From positions 2,976,001 to 3,040,000 of the forward strand of contig OX597839.1 of the NCBI GenBank assembly GCA_951406725.2: a DNA stretch of 64,000 nucleotides, given 5' to 3'. Shown here piece after piece: positions 39,889-56,139 of this stretch. A program made the position numbers and the translations under genes. The stretch is from Octopus vulgaris (Eukaryota). The stretch's first letter is position 1; each line of letters opens with the position of its first letter. The notes beneath the pieces are model-generated. The model worked only from the letters and a program-made list of their open reading frames with translations, had not been told where the DNA came from and made no database searches.

Positions 39889-41130
39889 TTTCTTTATTAG
39901 CCACACAGGGCTGCACACAGATAGAACAAATTACAAGGTAGAGCTTTTCTTTTGAAGGTTTAAGAAAGAAAAAAAAAAAAAAAAAAGGAAGGGGGAGTTT
40001 CGATCAAAAGGGATCGTAAAAGGAGAGAAAGAGGACAAAAAAAGGGGGGTTTAAAAAAAGGGGGGAGGAAAAAAATTGATCAATAGGGATCGTTATCACA
40101 GAAATGTCAATATGAAGTGTAAAGGGGAGGACAGGTGAGGTTTACCCGTGCAAAGAAAAGCCTACGGAAAAGACCACGGTAACCTCGGTCAATGATGTCA
40201 CATTTTATATTTCTTTTTTTTTTTTTTTTGCAAATAAGCAACTCTCTGTTTTCGATTTCTGGGTTCATAGGACTATGCTCAAGATGGCTTCGTCATTCAT
40301 ACGTGCCATTCTTGCTACATTCACCCATCTTTTTTTAAAACATTCGCTAGACAAAACTTGCCTCTCTACTCTCACTTTCCTTTTCAAGTGGTACTTGAAG
40401 AAGTTGATGAGAGATTGACCAGAGAGGAAAGTGTTTGTCTCCAATCCTTTCAGACGCGTCCACCAGATACATTCTTTCGCCATAGCCACAAGGATGATGA
40501 AAATAGCTCTTCCTTCCCGTTTGAAGGAAGGAGGCGTGACAATATTGACGATAGACTCAGCTGATAAACCGACTCGTCCCACACGTGACAGCAGTTGTTC
40601 GACATAAGCCCACAGGTCGGAAATTGTTGGACACTGCACGAGTGCGTGCAGAACGGTTTCGTCGCTCTGACCGCATCTCGGGCAGGTCGGCCCCGTGTTT
40701 CTCGAGCCGTGTCTGTAGAGCTTATCCCGAACGGGTAGCGCTTCTCGGTAGCACTGCCAGGCCAGGGATCTCTGGAAGTTGTCCATGGGCCCTGGCCCGA
40801 AAGTCGTCCTGAACAGGCGGGTCAGGTACTCCTCGTCGACGTCCAGGTTCGCCCCGAGCTCGTCGTCGTACCTCCCCTCCACTAAACCCCTATAGAATGC
40901 TTTGGTTGTGTTGAAGTCACTTAAGGTCGACCCAGGACGGCAGAGTTGCTTGAGAGCAACGCGACACTCGCGGTGCCATTCGCCCTTCCTCGGCCTCTTT
41001 TTGATCCACGACTGCAGTTCGGTCATGGAGACGAGCTGCGGGAAAGCGTGCCTCACAAACGGCGACCACACCTGTTCACCGTCGTCTACATAGAGCCAGA
41101 GATGCCGCAGTCTCAGCGCGTGTCTGCGCA

Positions 41131-41131
<1 letters not shown>
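39889..41131 (-). mobile_element. 5'-truncated Tx1/L1-type LINE (ORF2 C-terminus plus 3' UTR)
   Basis: Uninterrupted 288-aa frame 40265-41131 with ALRLRHL, FYRGL, W...[10 protein letters not shown] and the zf-RVT-type [19 protein letters not shown]. The 3' UTR ends ..ggctaataaagaaa. Embedded in (GATA)n/(TA)n. Confidence 0.9.
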
Positions 41132-41166
<35 letters not shown>

Positions 41167-41185
41167 ATGGATGGATGGATGGATG

Positions 41186-41250
<65 letters not shown>

Positions 41251-41259
41251 GCAGAGAGG

Positions 41260-41318
<59 letters not shown>

Positions 41319-41774
41319 ACAGACAGATAGATAGACAGACCGGTAGATAAATAGATAAACAGAGATGAAAAGAGAGATAGGTAGTGTATTTTTCCATAAA
41401 TTTAAAATAAAAAAATTATTCCATCCAGTGCGAGTTAAATATTATTCAGGGTACAAAATATACAGTTATGAGCTACTAATAGTTTAATGCGTTGGAGATG
41501 TTGTCTAGGCAAGTTTTAACACGCCTTGAGTCTCAAAGCAATCTCCAGGTTCTGAGCAAATGGCCTCTAAAATTTACAAATTAGGACTCTAGAACAAGAG
41601 AAATCACGAGAAGATGGTGGATGCAAAATGTGGAAGTGTAAAAAAGAAAATGAAAAAAATGATTTAAAAAATGATAAAGCCATAATAAAGCTATATACGT
41701 TTATATATTTGTTTTGCAAGATTCTTGATGTGAAATCGTGTGTTGAAACAGATATTGTTGTATTTAGGTATGGT

Positions 41775-42652
<878 letters not shown>

Positions 42653-43251
42653 TAATATGTTTTTTTTAAAGGCTGTTATCGGCATTTCGCCCGTCTTTAC
42701 ATTCTGAGTTCAAATCCCGCAGTGGTCGACTTTACTCTTCGTCTTTTCAGGGTCGATAAAATGAGTACCACTTGAGAACTGGATTCGATATATTGGGCTT
42801 CCTGCCTCCCCCAAACTTGCTGGCCTTGTGCCAAAATTTGAAACAAATATTCTGAATACTTTTTAACAGCGATAAAAGGCTACCAATCTATCTCAGATCT
42901 AGATTTTTAGTATATTTTATTGAAATTCGGATGTAAAATGTTAAGTAGACACCAGGGAATTTGAACTCAGAATGTAAATGTCTACTAAAAAATACCGCAA
43001 TGCAAGTTGCCGCATTATAATTAAGAATAAAAAGAATTTTATTTTATATTCCTATAATAAAAATAATTCGAAGACTTCTTTTTCACAATATTATTGATTT
43101 TTACAAAACAAACAACGAATTACGAAACGGAATTAGAGGACAATTGAGATTTTAAAAAAGCGACATGGAAATCGAAACGAAAATCAAAAAAATACTACGA
43201 CTAAATCAAAAGGAAATTATATAAAAATGACGACGACGATGATGATGTTGA

Positions 43252-43460
43252 TGAGGGGACAAGCAAGGACAGACACACGGATTAAGTCGATCATATCGAC
43301 CCCAGTGCGTAACTGGTACTTATTTAATCGACCCCGAAAGGATGAAAGGCAAAGTCGACCACGGCGGAATTTGAACTCAGAACGTAGCGGCAGACGAAAT
43401 ACCTATTTCTTTACTACCCACAAGGGGCTAATCACAGAGAAGACAGACAAGGACAGACAA
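43252..43460 (-). mobile_element. SINE family B partial dimer
   Basis: Same gaaatac|ctatttc junction at about 43402. Confidence 0.85.
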
Positions 43461-44296
43461 GTGAAAAGGTAAAAGAGTTATATCCCTTAGAACTTAAATT
43501 ATAAAGCCGGAAAAATAGCGAAAAATTAATCTGGTATAGGCAGTATTTTCCAATATTTCAAAAGGAACTTAGGCATATGTTTACAGCCACTGACAATTTC
43601 AAACATAGAGTACAAATCTTAACTGAGTTTAAATTTCTTATTTCGTTCTTTTCTGATTCCGTTTTCTACCGCATCGTCAGCCACTAAACTTATACGCCAA
43701 TATTTCCAGATTCTTTGCTGGAAGCTAATTAGTCTACTGCTGCCACCTGGTGATTATTTAAATGTATGAAGCTATTCTACTTGATCTCGTTATCTTGGCA
43801 AGTGAACAGTTTTGTAATTTAACAAAATGGACGTTTTAAAAAAAAACAAAAAGACAATGATAAACAAAATGGTAGTGAAATGTGTAAATTAAAAATTCTT
43901 AAGTAAATTTGGCTGCAGCATCGATGCCCTCCACCCCCAGTTGAAACACATTTGGAACGAGGCCACGGCGCTCGCAGTATAATGGCTTTAATTAGCCTCA
44001 ATTATCTGACTGTTACGAATATTATGGCGTCCCGGAAAAATATAAGGCAAAAATCGATCCTTGTTAAGATTTGAACTCATAACCTAAAGAACCGTAACTA
44101 AATAGGAAATGGCTATATTTGGCTTGTCAGTAACACATTTTCTTGTTTTTTATATTAAGACTGACAATGCCACACCGGGGAAATGTTCACAGAATTGATT
44201 TGCTTTCTGGTTGTTCAGTAATTGGCAAATGAAGAAACACCCAGAAGAGTTTGTAATGCGTAGATCTATGTATGTGATTTGTCAAATGAAGCTGCT

Positions 44297-44678
44297 TGTT
44301 TGTTTGTTTGTTTGTTGAGCGAAGTGGTCTTCGTCCCAGAGCTAGTGGGAGAAGTACGAAACGTGGTCCTTTGCTATTCGTAAGACGCGCAGAAGAGAAA
44401 GCAGGTCAACCCCCGACACCGAGAGCATCGACGGATGGATGAATGCGCATCCAGGCTCAGCGGTTGCGCAGGAAGTCGGGAACAAGAAACAGGAAGAAAG
44501 AGTGAGAGAAAGTTGGAGCGAAAGAGTACAACAGGGGTCGCCACCACCCCCTGCCGGAGCCTCGTGGAGCTTTAGGTGTTTTCGCTCAATAAACACACAC
44601 AACGCCCGGTCTGGGAATCGAAACCGCGATCCTCCGACCACGAGTTCACTGCCCTAACCATTGGGCCACTACGCCTCC
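44297..44678 (-). mobile_element. tRNA-derived SINE with (AAAC)n tail
   Basis: Head ggaggcgtagtggcccaatggttag, B box gtttcgattccc. TSD aaatgaagc(t/a)gct at 44284-44296 and 44679-44691. Confidence 0.9.
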
Positions 44679-45261
44679 AAATGAAGCAGCTGAAGCATCA
44701 GCAGAGCAAAATGTCGCCTTTCAGTAACTAAATTATCATCCTAGCAGCTGCTTTTAGTGTAGTTACAATATTGCGTACATTTGACACAACCCAATACATA
44801 GAGACAAAGAAATGAATAAATAATAAATAACATATGATGGATAGTTTAATAGAAGTTATGCAACTCAGGATACAGATTATATAAGAAATAATGTATTAGA
44901 TATTTGCTTAATTACTGGTTGAACCGAGTGACGAAGTGGAAGCATGCTTGGGCATGTAATTCGAACGTGTAACCCAGACGGCCGTAGATCGGAAACTACG
45001 ATTTTTGAAGAGACAGATACAATTTTTGATATTCACACACCACAAGGTGGGCAAGCTGGTCAAATCATTAGCATGCCGGGCAATAAGGCTTAGCAATATT
45101 TCGGAGGTCTTAACATTTTGCGTTCGAATTCCACGAGGCCGACTTTGCTTTTAACTCCTTTTGGGGTCAATACAGTAAGTACCATTTGAGTACTGGCGTT
45201 GATGTAATCGACTTACCCTCTCCTCGAAACTGTTGGCCTTATGTCAAAATTTGAAATCGAT

Positions 45262-45464
45262 TCTTTTATTTGTTTCAGTCATTTGGCTGCGGCCATGCTG
45301 GAGCACCACCTTTAGTCGAGCAAATCGACCCCAGGACTTATTCTTTGTAAGCCTAGAACTTATTCTAGCGGCCTCTTTTGCCGAACCGCTAACTTACGGA
45401 GGCGTAAACACACCAGCATCGGCTGCCAAGCGATGTTGGGAGTGGGGACAAACACAAACAAACA

Positions 45465-45511
<47 letters not shown>

Positions 45512-45667
45512 GACAGGCTTCTTTCAGTTTCCGTCTACCAAATCCACTCCCAAGGCTTTGGTTGACAATAGAAGAAGACACTTGCCCAAGATGCCACGCA
45601 GTGAGACTGAACCCGGAACCATGTGGCTGGTAAGCAAGCTACTTCTCACACAGTTACTCCTGCGCCT
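45262..45667 (-). mobile_element. SINE family A, full length
   Basis: Reverse complement of 19296-19714. Confidence 0.9.
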
Positions 45668-45700
45668 GTTTATACATCACAACTAAGTTGTCTACAAATA

Positions 45701-45915
45701 CAGGATGCCCATAAATTACTTTTGCAATTTGACAAATTCAGAAAAGAGAAAGAATAACTCAGCAATGATTATTGGAAAACTTAGGTAAACAAATAAAGTT
45801 TGATTAGAAACATCAGAACACTTCTACGTGGGGCTCCATTGGCTGCACGCAACCTGCTGAGGTATCCTTATTTTTCTGAATTTTAAAATTGTAACGGTAA
45901 TTTATGGACACCCTG
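45701..45915. mobile_element. Tc1/mariner-type MITE
   Basis: TIRs caggatgcccataaattac and gtaatttatggacaccctg, with TA on both sides. Confidence 0.85.
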
Positions 45916-46354
45916 TATACCAAACGAAGACCTGCTGTTCAGCTCTCTGGAGAGTTTTCTACCACCATCGACTTAAGGAGGACGAAAAGCAAAGTTGGCC
46001 TAGGCCGGATTTGAACTCAGAGCGCAAAATACTAGAATCGTCTGAAGGTCTAATAACTCGATCAAATCGCTCTATTCTCAGTTGTAATTCTTTCTATTTG
46101 AATTTTGCAATAATGCAGTCAGTGCTTACATAGGCCTATTACGCAGACTCTGCCTAGTTTCGAAAATTGCTCTTCGGGACCGAATAACAATTGTTTTAGA
46201 TAATCTTCAATGTGCTCAATATGGCAGAATTTTAAAAATTTTACGCGTAGGTATGGCCATGTGTTTAAGTAGCTCATTTTACGATCATATGATTTCGGGT
46301 TCAGTTCCACTATGGGCTAGTATCATATACTATATATCATATACTATATATATA

Positions 46355-46583
46355 TTTCTTTATTGCCCACAAGGGGCTAAACATAGAGAGGACAAACAAA
46401 GATAGACAAAGGGATTAAGTCGATTACATCGACCCCAGTGCGTAACTGGTACTTTATTTATCGACCCCGAAAGGATGAAAGGAAAAGTCGACCTCGGCGG
46501 AATTTGAACTCAGAACGTAACAGCAGGCGAAATACGGTTACGCATTTCGCCCGGCGTGCTAACGATTCTGCCAGCTCGCCGCC
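46355..46583 (-). mobile_element. SINE family B monomer nested in an older family A head
   Basis: Flanked by tatatcatatactata repeats. The family A sequence resumes at about 46600. Confidence 0.85.
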
Positions 46584-47589
46584 TATATATCATATACTAT
46601 AGTTCCGGGTTGACCATTGCCTCGGGAGTGAATTTGGTTGCGGCTCCAAAACCGCTGTGCAAGAACGTCTCACGTCCAGACTGGAAATATGAAGGATAAT
46701 TGATGTTATTTATAACAGGTATAACAACCACATAGAGCAGACTTTCTCAAACAGTGCATCGCAGGTTTTAAGATATCTAATTCAAGACGTTAGAAAATCA
46801 ATACTTTTCTTTTGTGCATATTTTAAAAATAAAACCGAAAACATAGCATGCATCATTTTTTAATATTTATCCCTTACAGAAAATTAACCTTACATTACCT
46901 TTCTAGATCTTTATATTTCCTTTCAAAACAATATTCATTATTCAATATCCATCCCTAATAAATATATAATAATCTCTCTTGAGTTTCGCACTCACAAATA
47001 TTCTTTCTTTCAGCTTCCAGTTCTCCTTGCTTCTCAGTCATGCTTTTCCGCCCCCTTCATCAGTGCTTCTTATCAGTTTTATAATCTCAATGCTTTAAAC
47101 ATACTTGTTTTCCTTTCTGTTTTACATACTTCAATAAAAAAATTTTTTCTGTACTTAAATCTAATTGTATTATTGACGACATTTATGATTCAGTAGCAAA
47201 GCGCACGTCTTACTGTCTGTCTATTTCTTTCGGTTTTTCTCTCTCGTCTTCTGTCATATTTTTCTATTCTTTCTCCCATTTATTCTTTTGCCTTTTCCTC
47301 CTCTCTCATCTCTTTCATTTTCACTTTTTTTCTTTCAGTCGATAGAGAAATAGGTAAAACTGATATGTTTGTATGACTAGAGCGTAGGTTTAATAAAACT
47401 TATTTTGATACTGTGGAGCGAGTTCCTTGATATTCATTATTCAATATCAATCCGCTGATATTAAATAAAGCGTTAAACACTTATAGATCACAAATTAGTA
47501 GCTGCAAATCCCTGAAGCTACTAGATTTGATATGTATATAAACAAAATAGCTACTTGTTTGTCTGAAATTTGTTAAGTGATTTAGATAC

Positions 47590-47624
47590 CTGATGAGACC
47601 ATAATAAGGGTCGAAAATCGATTA
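47590..47624 (+). ncRNA. Partial hammerhead motif (no helix I)
   Basis: CTGATGA GACC ataataag GGTC GAAA ATCGAT TA. The flanks do not pair. Confidence 0.4.
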
Positions 47625-48540
47625 AAGCTATTCGTAACTTCTACAAGAAAATAGATAAGAATCGACATGTTTGTATGTTTGCTTCGTAGGTTTACGTATA
47701 CCTCTCTCTCTCATCCCTCTCTTAATATTTTTACCTATAATCATTCACTTGAGTAATGACAGATTGTTCGACAATAGATATATGAATACGTTTTCAAATT
47801 TAATAATCACACGCCCCACATTGATCTAATATTTATGGTGGCAGGTAATGTACCAAGCAATAAATGAACGAATAATGGACATCGGTTGTTTTGAATAAAT
47901 GGCAGAGTGAAACCTAGATTGGACGAGTAAACAAATGGTGAAAATCCCACTTATTTTGCTGCTGCTGCCGCCGCTGCCGCCGCCACTATTGCTGCTGGTG
48001 CGCCTGCTGGTGCTGCTGCTGCTACTGCTGCTGCTGCTACAGCTGCTACTACAACTACCACTACCACCACCACTACTACCACCACAAACATTAGAAAATA
48101 TTTTTGCCTTGTGAGTGAATTTGGTAGACAGAAACCCTTTCTTTTTATCTCTCTCTCTATGTATATATCCATACATACATACATACATTCATACATACAT
48201 ACATACATACATACATACATACATACGTACATACATACATACATACATACATACATACATACGTGTGTATGTCTTTGTCCTCCATCAGCGCTTGGCAATT
48301 TAGCGGTTCAGCAAAGGGCCCGATAAAATAAGTACCAGGCTTTTAAAAAAGTACTGAGGTCGGCTCATTCGATTATAAATTCGTTAAGGCGGTGCCCCAG
48401 CATGACCGCAGTCTAATGACAGAAACAAGTAAAAGATGAAAGTCACATACGTACATACAAATATACATAGATATATGCATGCAAATATAGGGTCCATTTC
48501 CCGTTACTTAATACATGCACAAACATCACCACAAGGAATA

Positions 48541-49705
48541 CGAGGTGGTATCAAAACGTTCCCAAACTAGTTCTGTAGCGCGCCATCTGATGGCAGCACA
48601 CGGTTGCGTGCGCAGTGAGAGCTAGCGGTGACCTTCATGAGGAAGTGTGCCGAGTGACATCGCAGTACAGACTTCGCGAGTTGGGAAATTTGTTCTTTGC
48701 GATCATATGTATGCTGTAGTCTGCGATTTGGGGAAGTTTGTTATAGAGGCATTAAACATGCTTCGGCAAGCTTACAGCAATGAGGCAATGAGTCGTATGC
48801 AATGTTTTATGTGACACAGGCGCTTTAAAAGCGGAAGAACGTCCCTGGAAGACGATGAGCGATCTGGAAGTCCTTCCACGAGCGTCACCACCGGAAACGT
48901 AAATAAAATTCATCAGCTTGTGCCTGATCGTCGGAGAACAATCAACGACATTGCTGATGATGTTGGTCCGTCGTATGGGTCCGTGCAGGCAATCCTAACG
49001 TCTGGCAAGTTCGTCCCCTACTTGCTGACCACAGAGCAGAAAGAACGTCAATTCGAAGTCTGTCAAGATCTCCGTCAGCGTGTCACTGATGACCTATCCT
49101 TTATGTCTAGGATCATCACCGGTGATGAGGGTTTGGTCCACGGTACGACCCTGAGACGAAGCAGCAATCATCACAATGGAAGATGCCTTCATCTCCACGA
49201 CCGAAGAAGGCACGACACAGCCTCAGCTCAATCAAGAACATGCTCGTCATCTTTTCGACATCCGCTGTATTGTGCATCGGGAATTCATCTCCCATGGCCA
49301 GGTGGTCAATCGAGAGTTCTACTGCGACGTTTTGAAACGTTTGTGGGAGGACATTTAAGGAAAGCGACCAGATCTGTTGGACACGAAGAACTGGATTCTT
49401 CACGACGACAATACACCCTGTTACCGAGCTCTCCTCACTCGTGAGTTTCTCGCAAAAAACATGGTCTCGCTTCTGCACTCGCCTTATTCGCCAGATTTAG
49501 TACCCACGGACTTCCATCTCTCCCCGAAGATGAAAATACAGCTCAAAGGTCGCTGTTTTAACACCGTTGTCTAGATCCAGTGTGATTCGTAGAAGGTCCT
49601 CGACTCGCTTACGGAAAACGACTTCCAGGCCGGATTCCAAAAGTGGCAGGAACGCTGGGACCGACCGGTGTATTGTTGCGCAAGGTAACTATTTCGAAGG
49701 AGATG
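48541..49705 (+). pseudogene. mariner (DD34D) transposase pseudogene with left TIR
   Basis: TA|cgaggtggtatcaaaa. ITGDE..GYDPETKQQSSQWK, HDDNTP, HSPYSPDLVPTDF, FQKWQERWDRC..GNYFEGD, with frameshifts. Confidence 0.9.
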
Positions 49706-49837
49706 ATTTTTATCGAAAATCAAAGAGAAAGAGGTTATCTATGGACAACTGTATCGAAACGTTTAACTTCTACATCCAGATTAAAAGTTCACATTTGTAC
49801 CGATAATAATTGATGCACTTGTGAGTAAATACTTGAG

Positions 49838-50420
49838 TAATAATCTGGATAAGCTAACACATACATAATAATATACACATACATAATATACATAATATAC
49901 ACATAATATACACATAATATACATAATAATATACATAATAATATACATAATAATATACATAATAATATACATAATAATATACACATACATAATATACATA
50001 ATATACACATAATATATACATAATATACACATAATACACATAATAATATACATAATAATATACATAATAATATACATAATAATATACACATACATAATAT
50101 ACATAATATACACATAATATATACATAATATACACATAATACACATAATAATATACATAATAATATACATAATAATATACATAATAATATACACATACAT
50201 AATATACATAATATACACATAATATACACATAATATACACATAATACACATAATAATATACATAATAATATACATAATAATATACATAATAATATACACA
50301 TACATAATACATAATAATATACACATAATATACACATACATAATAATCTGGATAAGCTAACACATACATAATTGAGTAATAATTCCAAGTAGATACCTGA
50401 GTAATAATCTGGATAAGCTA
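49838..50420. repeat. cataataatata minisatellite bounded by direct repeats
   Basis: taataatctggataagcta occurs three times (about 49839, 50341, 50402). Confidence 0.85.
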
Positions 50421-50954
50421 GGGTTTTCAAAGAAAGAAATCAACCAGATAACACACACATTGCAAGTACGATCTCTAAGTAGAACAGAAAAACACGTTTA
50501 AGCTTAAAATGTGAATTTTTTTGTTATCTACATTCCCGCGATGGAGCATTATATCTTTGTTAGAAACCAACCCCTTTCTCCGAGGAAGATAGCATACAAT
50601 TAAAAAAACAGAAGAGAACATGGCGGTGCCCCAGCATGGCCACAGCTCATTAGCTGAAACTGGAAAATCAAAATCAAAAAATCAAATACATATATAGAAA
50701 CATACATACATGCGTACATCCATCCATCCATACACACATACAATCATACATACATACATACATACATACATACATACATACATACACGCAATTAGATACT
50801 CAGGAGACCTTAAAACTTTAGCAGAAATCTTTTGCTGAAATTAAATTGATAAATCGACGCACGTTTAGCGAATAAATTATTTGGGTTCTGGGACGGAGAG
50901 ATTTACTTCATTTATTATGATGCACTTTAAAGAGCACGACAGAGGAGGAAAAGG

Positions 50955-50995
<41 letters not shown>

Positions 50996-51220
50996 GGAGA
51001 GAATGAAGGAGACGGAAAGAGAAGTGGAGAGGGTGTTGATGACAGAATGATATAACTAAAGACATGATGACGTCCTAAACTCTGCTACAATCTCCCCCTC
51101 TTCCTTCTCTCTGCTTAAATCCAGCTCTTAAACCTTCCCCAACTTTTACCTTTAAACTCTCTCTAACACGTTTAGTGTGTCTCTATATTGCCTCATATTT
51201 CTTCTAATTCTCATTTATCA

Positions 51221-51298
<78 letters not shown>

Positions 51299-51307
51299 CC
51301 TACCTAC

Positions 51308-51374
<67 letters not shown>

Positions 51375-51698
51375 CGTACGTGCCAATGTATGTATGTGTA
51401 TATGTATGTATGTACATGTGTATATCTCTTCTATTTTTTAATTATTATAGATCTTCCACTGAAGAGGTAGCCGGTTTCCGATAAAGATACAATACTTCAT
51501 CTTTTTTTCTACTGAACCAAATCTCAAACTATTTATGCCAATGTGTATCTGAGGAGATGTCCTCTTTAAAACTGTTAACAGTTTGCAATTTAATTGAAAA
51601 CTGAATTAGTAGTGAAGCTTGGAATCTGCTTCGATTGACGAAATGGTAGACTTAAGAATATATTCAACCTCTACCATGGTTGAATTATATATATATAT

Positions 51699-51804
51699 AT
51701 AACTTATAAAATAAGGGCAAAAGAAAAATTCCAATGCCAAATATGCCGAAAAAAAAAAGACTTTGGCATTAGAATTTTTATTTTGCCCTTATTTTATAAG
51801 TTAT
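51699..51804. repeat. Foldback, about 43-bp arms, next to (TA)n
   Basis: ataacttataaaataagggcaaaa..tgccaaa pairs with tttggca..ttttgcccttattttataagttat. Confidence 0.85.
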
Positions 51805-52323
51805 TTATAAATTTGACCTTTAAAGGTATTTTTTGATATGCTAGCCATTGGTAAAATTTTTTTCGAAAAAAAAATTTATCCTACATTAGTTATATATATA
51901 TATATATAATTTTATTATATTTATTTATTTAAAAAATGTTTAATTTGCAAATATTATACTAATGTTTTTTTCATGCAGAACTACATTTCATCAAAAAATT
52001 CTCTCCAAAATTGAATGTTTGAAAGAAAAGGGGAGGCAGTACATCTTGTATTCTGAATATAACTCAAAGAGGAGAAAAAGAAAGAGGAAAAAAGAAGGAA
52101 AGAGGAAGCAAAAAGACTTTCAGTGATGACCACACCGCACCTGCGTTATTTTTTATTTTAATTTAATTTTTAATTATTTTTTTGAAGATGTCACCATACT
52201 TAAACCCATTCCAATACAATGGGAAATGTCAAAATAAATAAATAAATAAATAAATGATGAATAGGAATGGGGATCCCCCTTCTCTCTCTCCCTCTATCTA
52301 CCTATCTATTTATCTTACTGACG

Positions 52324-52383
<60 letters not shown>

Positions 52384-52623
52384 GTCTACTTATATTTCTA
52401 TCTATCTCCATTGTCATGGAACCTCATTAAAAAAACAAAAACAATGTTCTCTTCTACTCCCCCCCCCCCCAAAAAAAAACCCAACAAAAGCATATGTTTT
52501 ATATAAATGAACAAGCTGTTTGTACATTCACAAATTTTTATTTGACAAGTTAGAGAAAGGAACGAAAGCGCTAATAATAATGAGGAAATAAAAAAATTTA
52601 TTTCCAAAATTCTGAAGACATTG

Positions 52624-52662
<39 letters not shown>

Positions 52663-52674
52663 GTATATATATAG

Positions 52675-53520
52675 GGAGAATTTTCGAAAAGAACAAAAGA
52701 CGAAGACAGGTGGTGTACAAAACAAACAGATGTATTAGTATAACGCTCAGGAATAGAAAAAGTCTTTTACGTTTCGAGCCTACGCTCTTCTACAGAAAGG
52801 GACACAGAAAAAACAACGAGAGAAACAAGGAGAGAAAAAAATGTGTGTAGCGGCTAACGATCTATCATGGCGACTGCCAGACAGAAGGGTCACACACGAG
52901 AGCGAAGAAGTAGGGCAGATAACAAAGTAAAGATGACCCCCAACACGAAGGTGCGTGTGTGTATAAGAGAGTATGTATGTGCGTGTGAAAGAGGGCTGGT
53001 GGTCTGGATGTGTGCGTGTATGTATGTGTAGGTGTGAAAATGTGGGGATGGGAATTGGTCAGTGCTGGTGTGTGAGTTGTGTGTTGTGATGTGATGTGTA
53101 ATGTTGTATGGTGTAGTGTGGTGTGGTGTGATGTTGGGAGGTGGGGACGCGAGAGTGGGGAAAGCACGGGTGGGATGTGGGTTCGGCTGGGGGTTGGGGT
53201 ATGTGGGTAGGAAGAGGGTGGGGGTAGAGGTGGGATTTGTGGGAGAGGGTGTGTGGAATAGGATGGGGAATGGGATGGGAGATGGGAAGGATAGGGAAGG
53301 TGGAGTAGGAATGTGTAGGGGTGGGATGGGCTTATGGGGGAGGGTTGACAATGAAGGGAGAAGGGGAAGGTGGGTATGTGAGGAGAGAGAGTAAGAGAGT
53401 AAGAGAGAAAGAGAGCGAGTAAGAGAGAAGAGAGAAAGAGAGAAGAGAGAAAGAGAGAAGAGAGAAAGAGAGAAGAGAGAAAGAGAGTAAGAGAAAAGGG
53501 GAAATATATTTATATTGTAT
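52675..53520 (-). mobile_element. Longest copy of the HHR-bearing (Penelope-like) repeat family
   Basis: Minus strand cttt CTGTAGA A GAGC gtag GCTC GAAA CG TA aaag (about 52764-52799). Homologous to 18245, 28300 and 36260. Confidence 0.75.
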
Positions 53521-54069
53521 TTATTATGCCAATAATTCACACGTGTACTGGTCTTGTCCTATTTCACGTCTTTTATTATCATTAGTCAATTCATTTAAAT
53601 GGTTAACCAATTTAACAAATATAAATAAAGAAGTGAAATAGTGCGTGTGTTTATCAATGCCATAATGACCCTCCAGAGATTCAACAAAATAACAAAATAT
53701 GTACCAATACAGGAGTTTACACCAAGAATCTTGCAAACAAAATACGAATACAAAACACATACATACATGCATATGTACGTAAATAACACTTGAACAAGTT
53801 GGAGGTAAGAAGGAAGTGTGGGCCTGTATACAACAGTTACTAATTAACAAAATGATCCAAGAAAAAAAACCCAGAAAAAAGTCGCAGAAACTTAATCGTA
53901 ATGTGACTAGACTACCGGAAAACTTTCGATAATATACCACATGGGTTGACTGTCAAGGCTTTACAGTTTGCCAAAGTTCCACGACCACTAGTGAGTGATA
54001 TTGGATTGCCTGACCAAAACTTAATACTCCACTTTGCTCCTTAGAAATGTTAAAAGAACAGATTGAGTC

Positions 54070-54285
54070 TCTTTAAATCCACTATCATATCTGCTCACAA
54101 AACATAGTGTGACCAGAGAAATGGATTTGGAAATATCTATAATCTTTTCTTTGTCGACGACATTAAACTATAGGGTAAATATCAACCACTTTAAATAAAA
54201 ATTGGACCTTATAACTCAATTTTCTACATACATTGGGATGAAATTCGGTGAGTGCAAATGTGTATTTTTGACAGTAAAACACAAA
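54070..54285 (+). mobile_element. R4/Dong-type RT fragment, degraded
   Basis: [37 protein letters not shown]. Confidence 0.7.
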
Positions 54286-54392
54286 CAATCTACCCTCCTC
54301 TGAAAGCTGTACCCATATATGCATGTATATATACATATATATGTAGGTATGTACATATATGTATGTATATATGCATTTATATATATATATTT

Positions 54393-55116
<724 letters not shown>

Positions 55117-55335
55117 TTTACTTATTATCTTTTATTAAACTTTTAATACTTTTGATATATATTTAAAATAATATAAATTAATTAATTTTATGTATTGGCT
55201 TAAGTTTTTCATTGTTTGATTTGCCTAATAGTGGTTTTATCTCTAATTTAATATAATATAATATTTTACTATAAAATTGGATTCAATCCTAAATCTGATT
55301 TTTCCCTGTAAGTTTGGATTTATTCCCTAATATTT

Positions 55336-55383
<48 letters not shown>

Positions 55384-55793
55384 TTAATATAGGCACGGAA
55401 CTCCACTTAAATCAACCAGATTTTAACAAGACTATACATTGCACCAAAGTCATCGGAATGGAGACACTGAACTATGGCTCACAACTAACATCTGCTAACA
55501 TGTTATTTCCAGTAGTATATTGTAAATCAGAACATTAATCTGAAATAATACATGTTGACATAAGACCAGCGGCCACTTACTGGCTGGATGTAACAACATT
55601 TTCTGTCAATATGATGTATGCATTTATGTATATACTTTGTATACCATGGAGAATTTCGTTAATATGGATTGAATGAATATATACATCGGACTTTGAATTT
55701 ATTTTCTCTTCTCCTTAATGTTATATTCCTGAAGCTCTAGCAGAGCATTAATCGGTTGAGCTGTATAAAGTGGATATCTATATCACTAATTTC

Positions 55794-55825
<32 letters not shown>

Positions 55826-56139
55826 TTCTATTGTATTTATATATATATATATACATATACATATACAATAAAAATAGGTTTCAAAGAAAAAAGACTACAC
55901 GAGGTATAAATAGGGGAAAAGTAAAAAGGAAACAAAGCAAATGCACATTAGATATTTAAAAAATAAAGGCTTTTGAAAGGAAAGAAAGGATATATACATA
56001 CAATTAGAAGATTTGAGGTGGAATTATGAAGTATATAAATCATTATTATGAACCATTATAGAGAGTGAAAGTCATACCGGTATCGTCAGAGTTGATCACT
56101 GACTTTGAATGGGCACTAAGCATCTCATCAGACTTTGAA

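Noticed and set aside
43900-44040. Unique segment with TAAT motifs, possible enhancer
   Set aside because: It cannot be supported without cross-species conservation or chromatin data.
49838-50420. CRISPR-like repeat/spacer pattern
   Set aside because: The spacers are a simple minisatellite, the context is eukaryotic and there are no cas genes.
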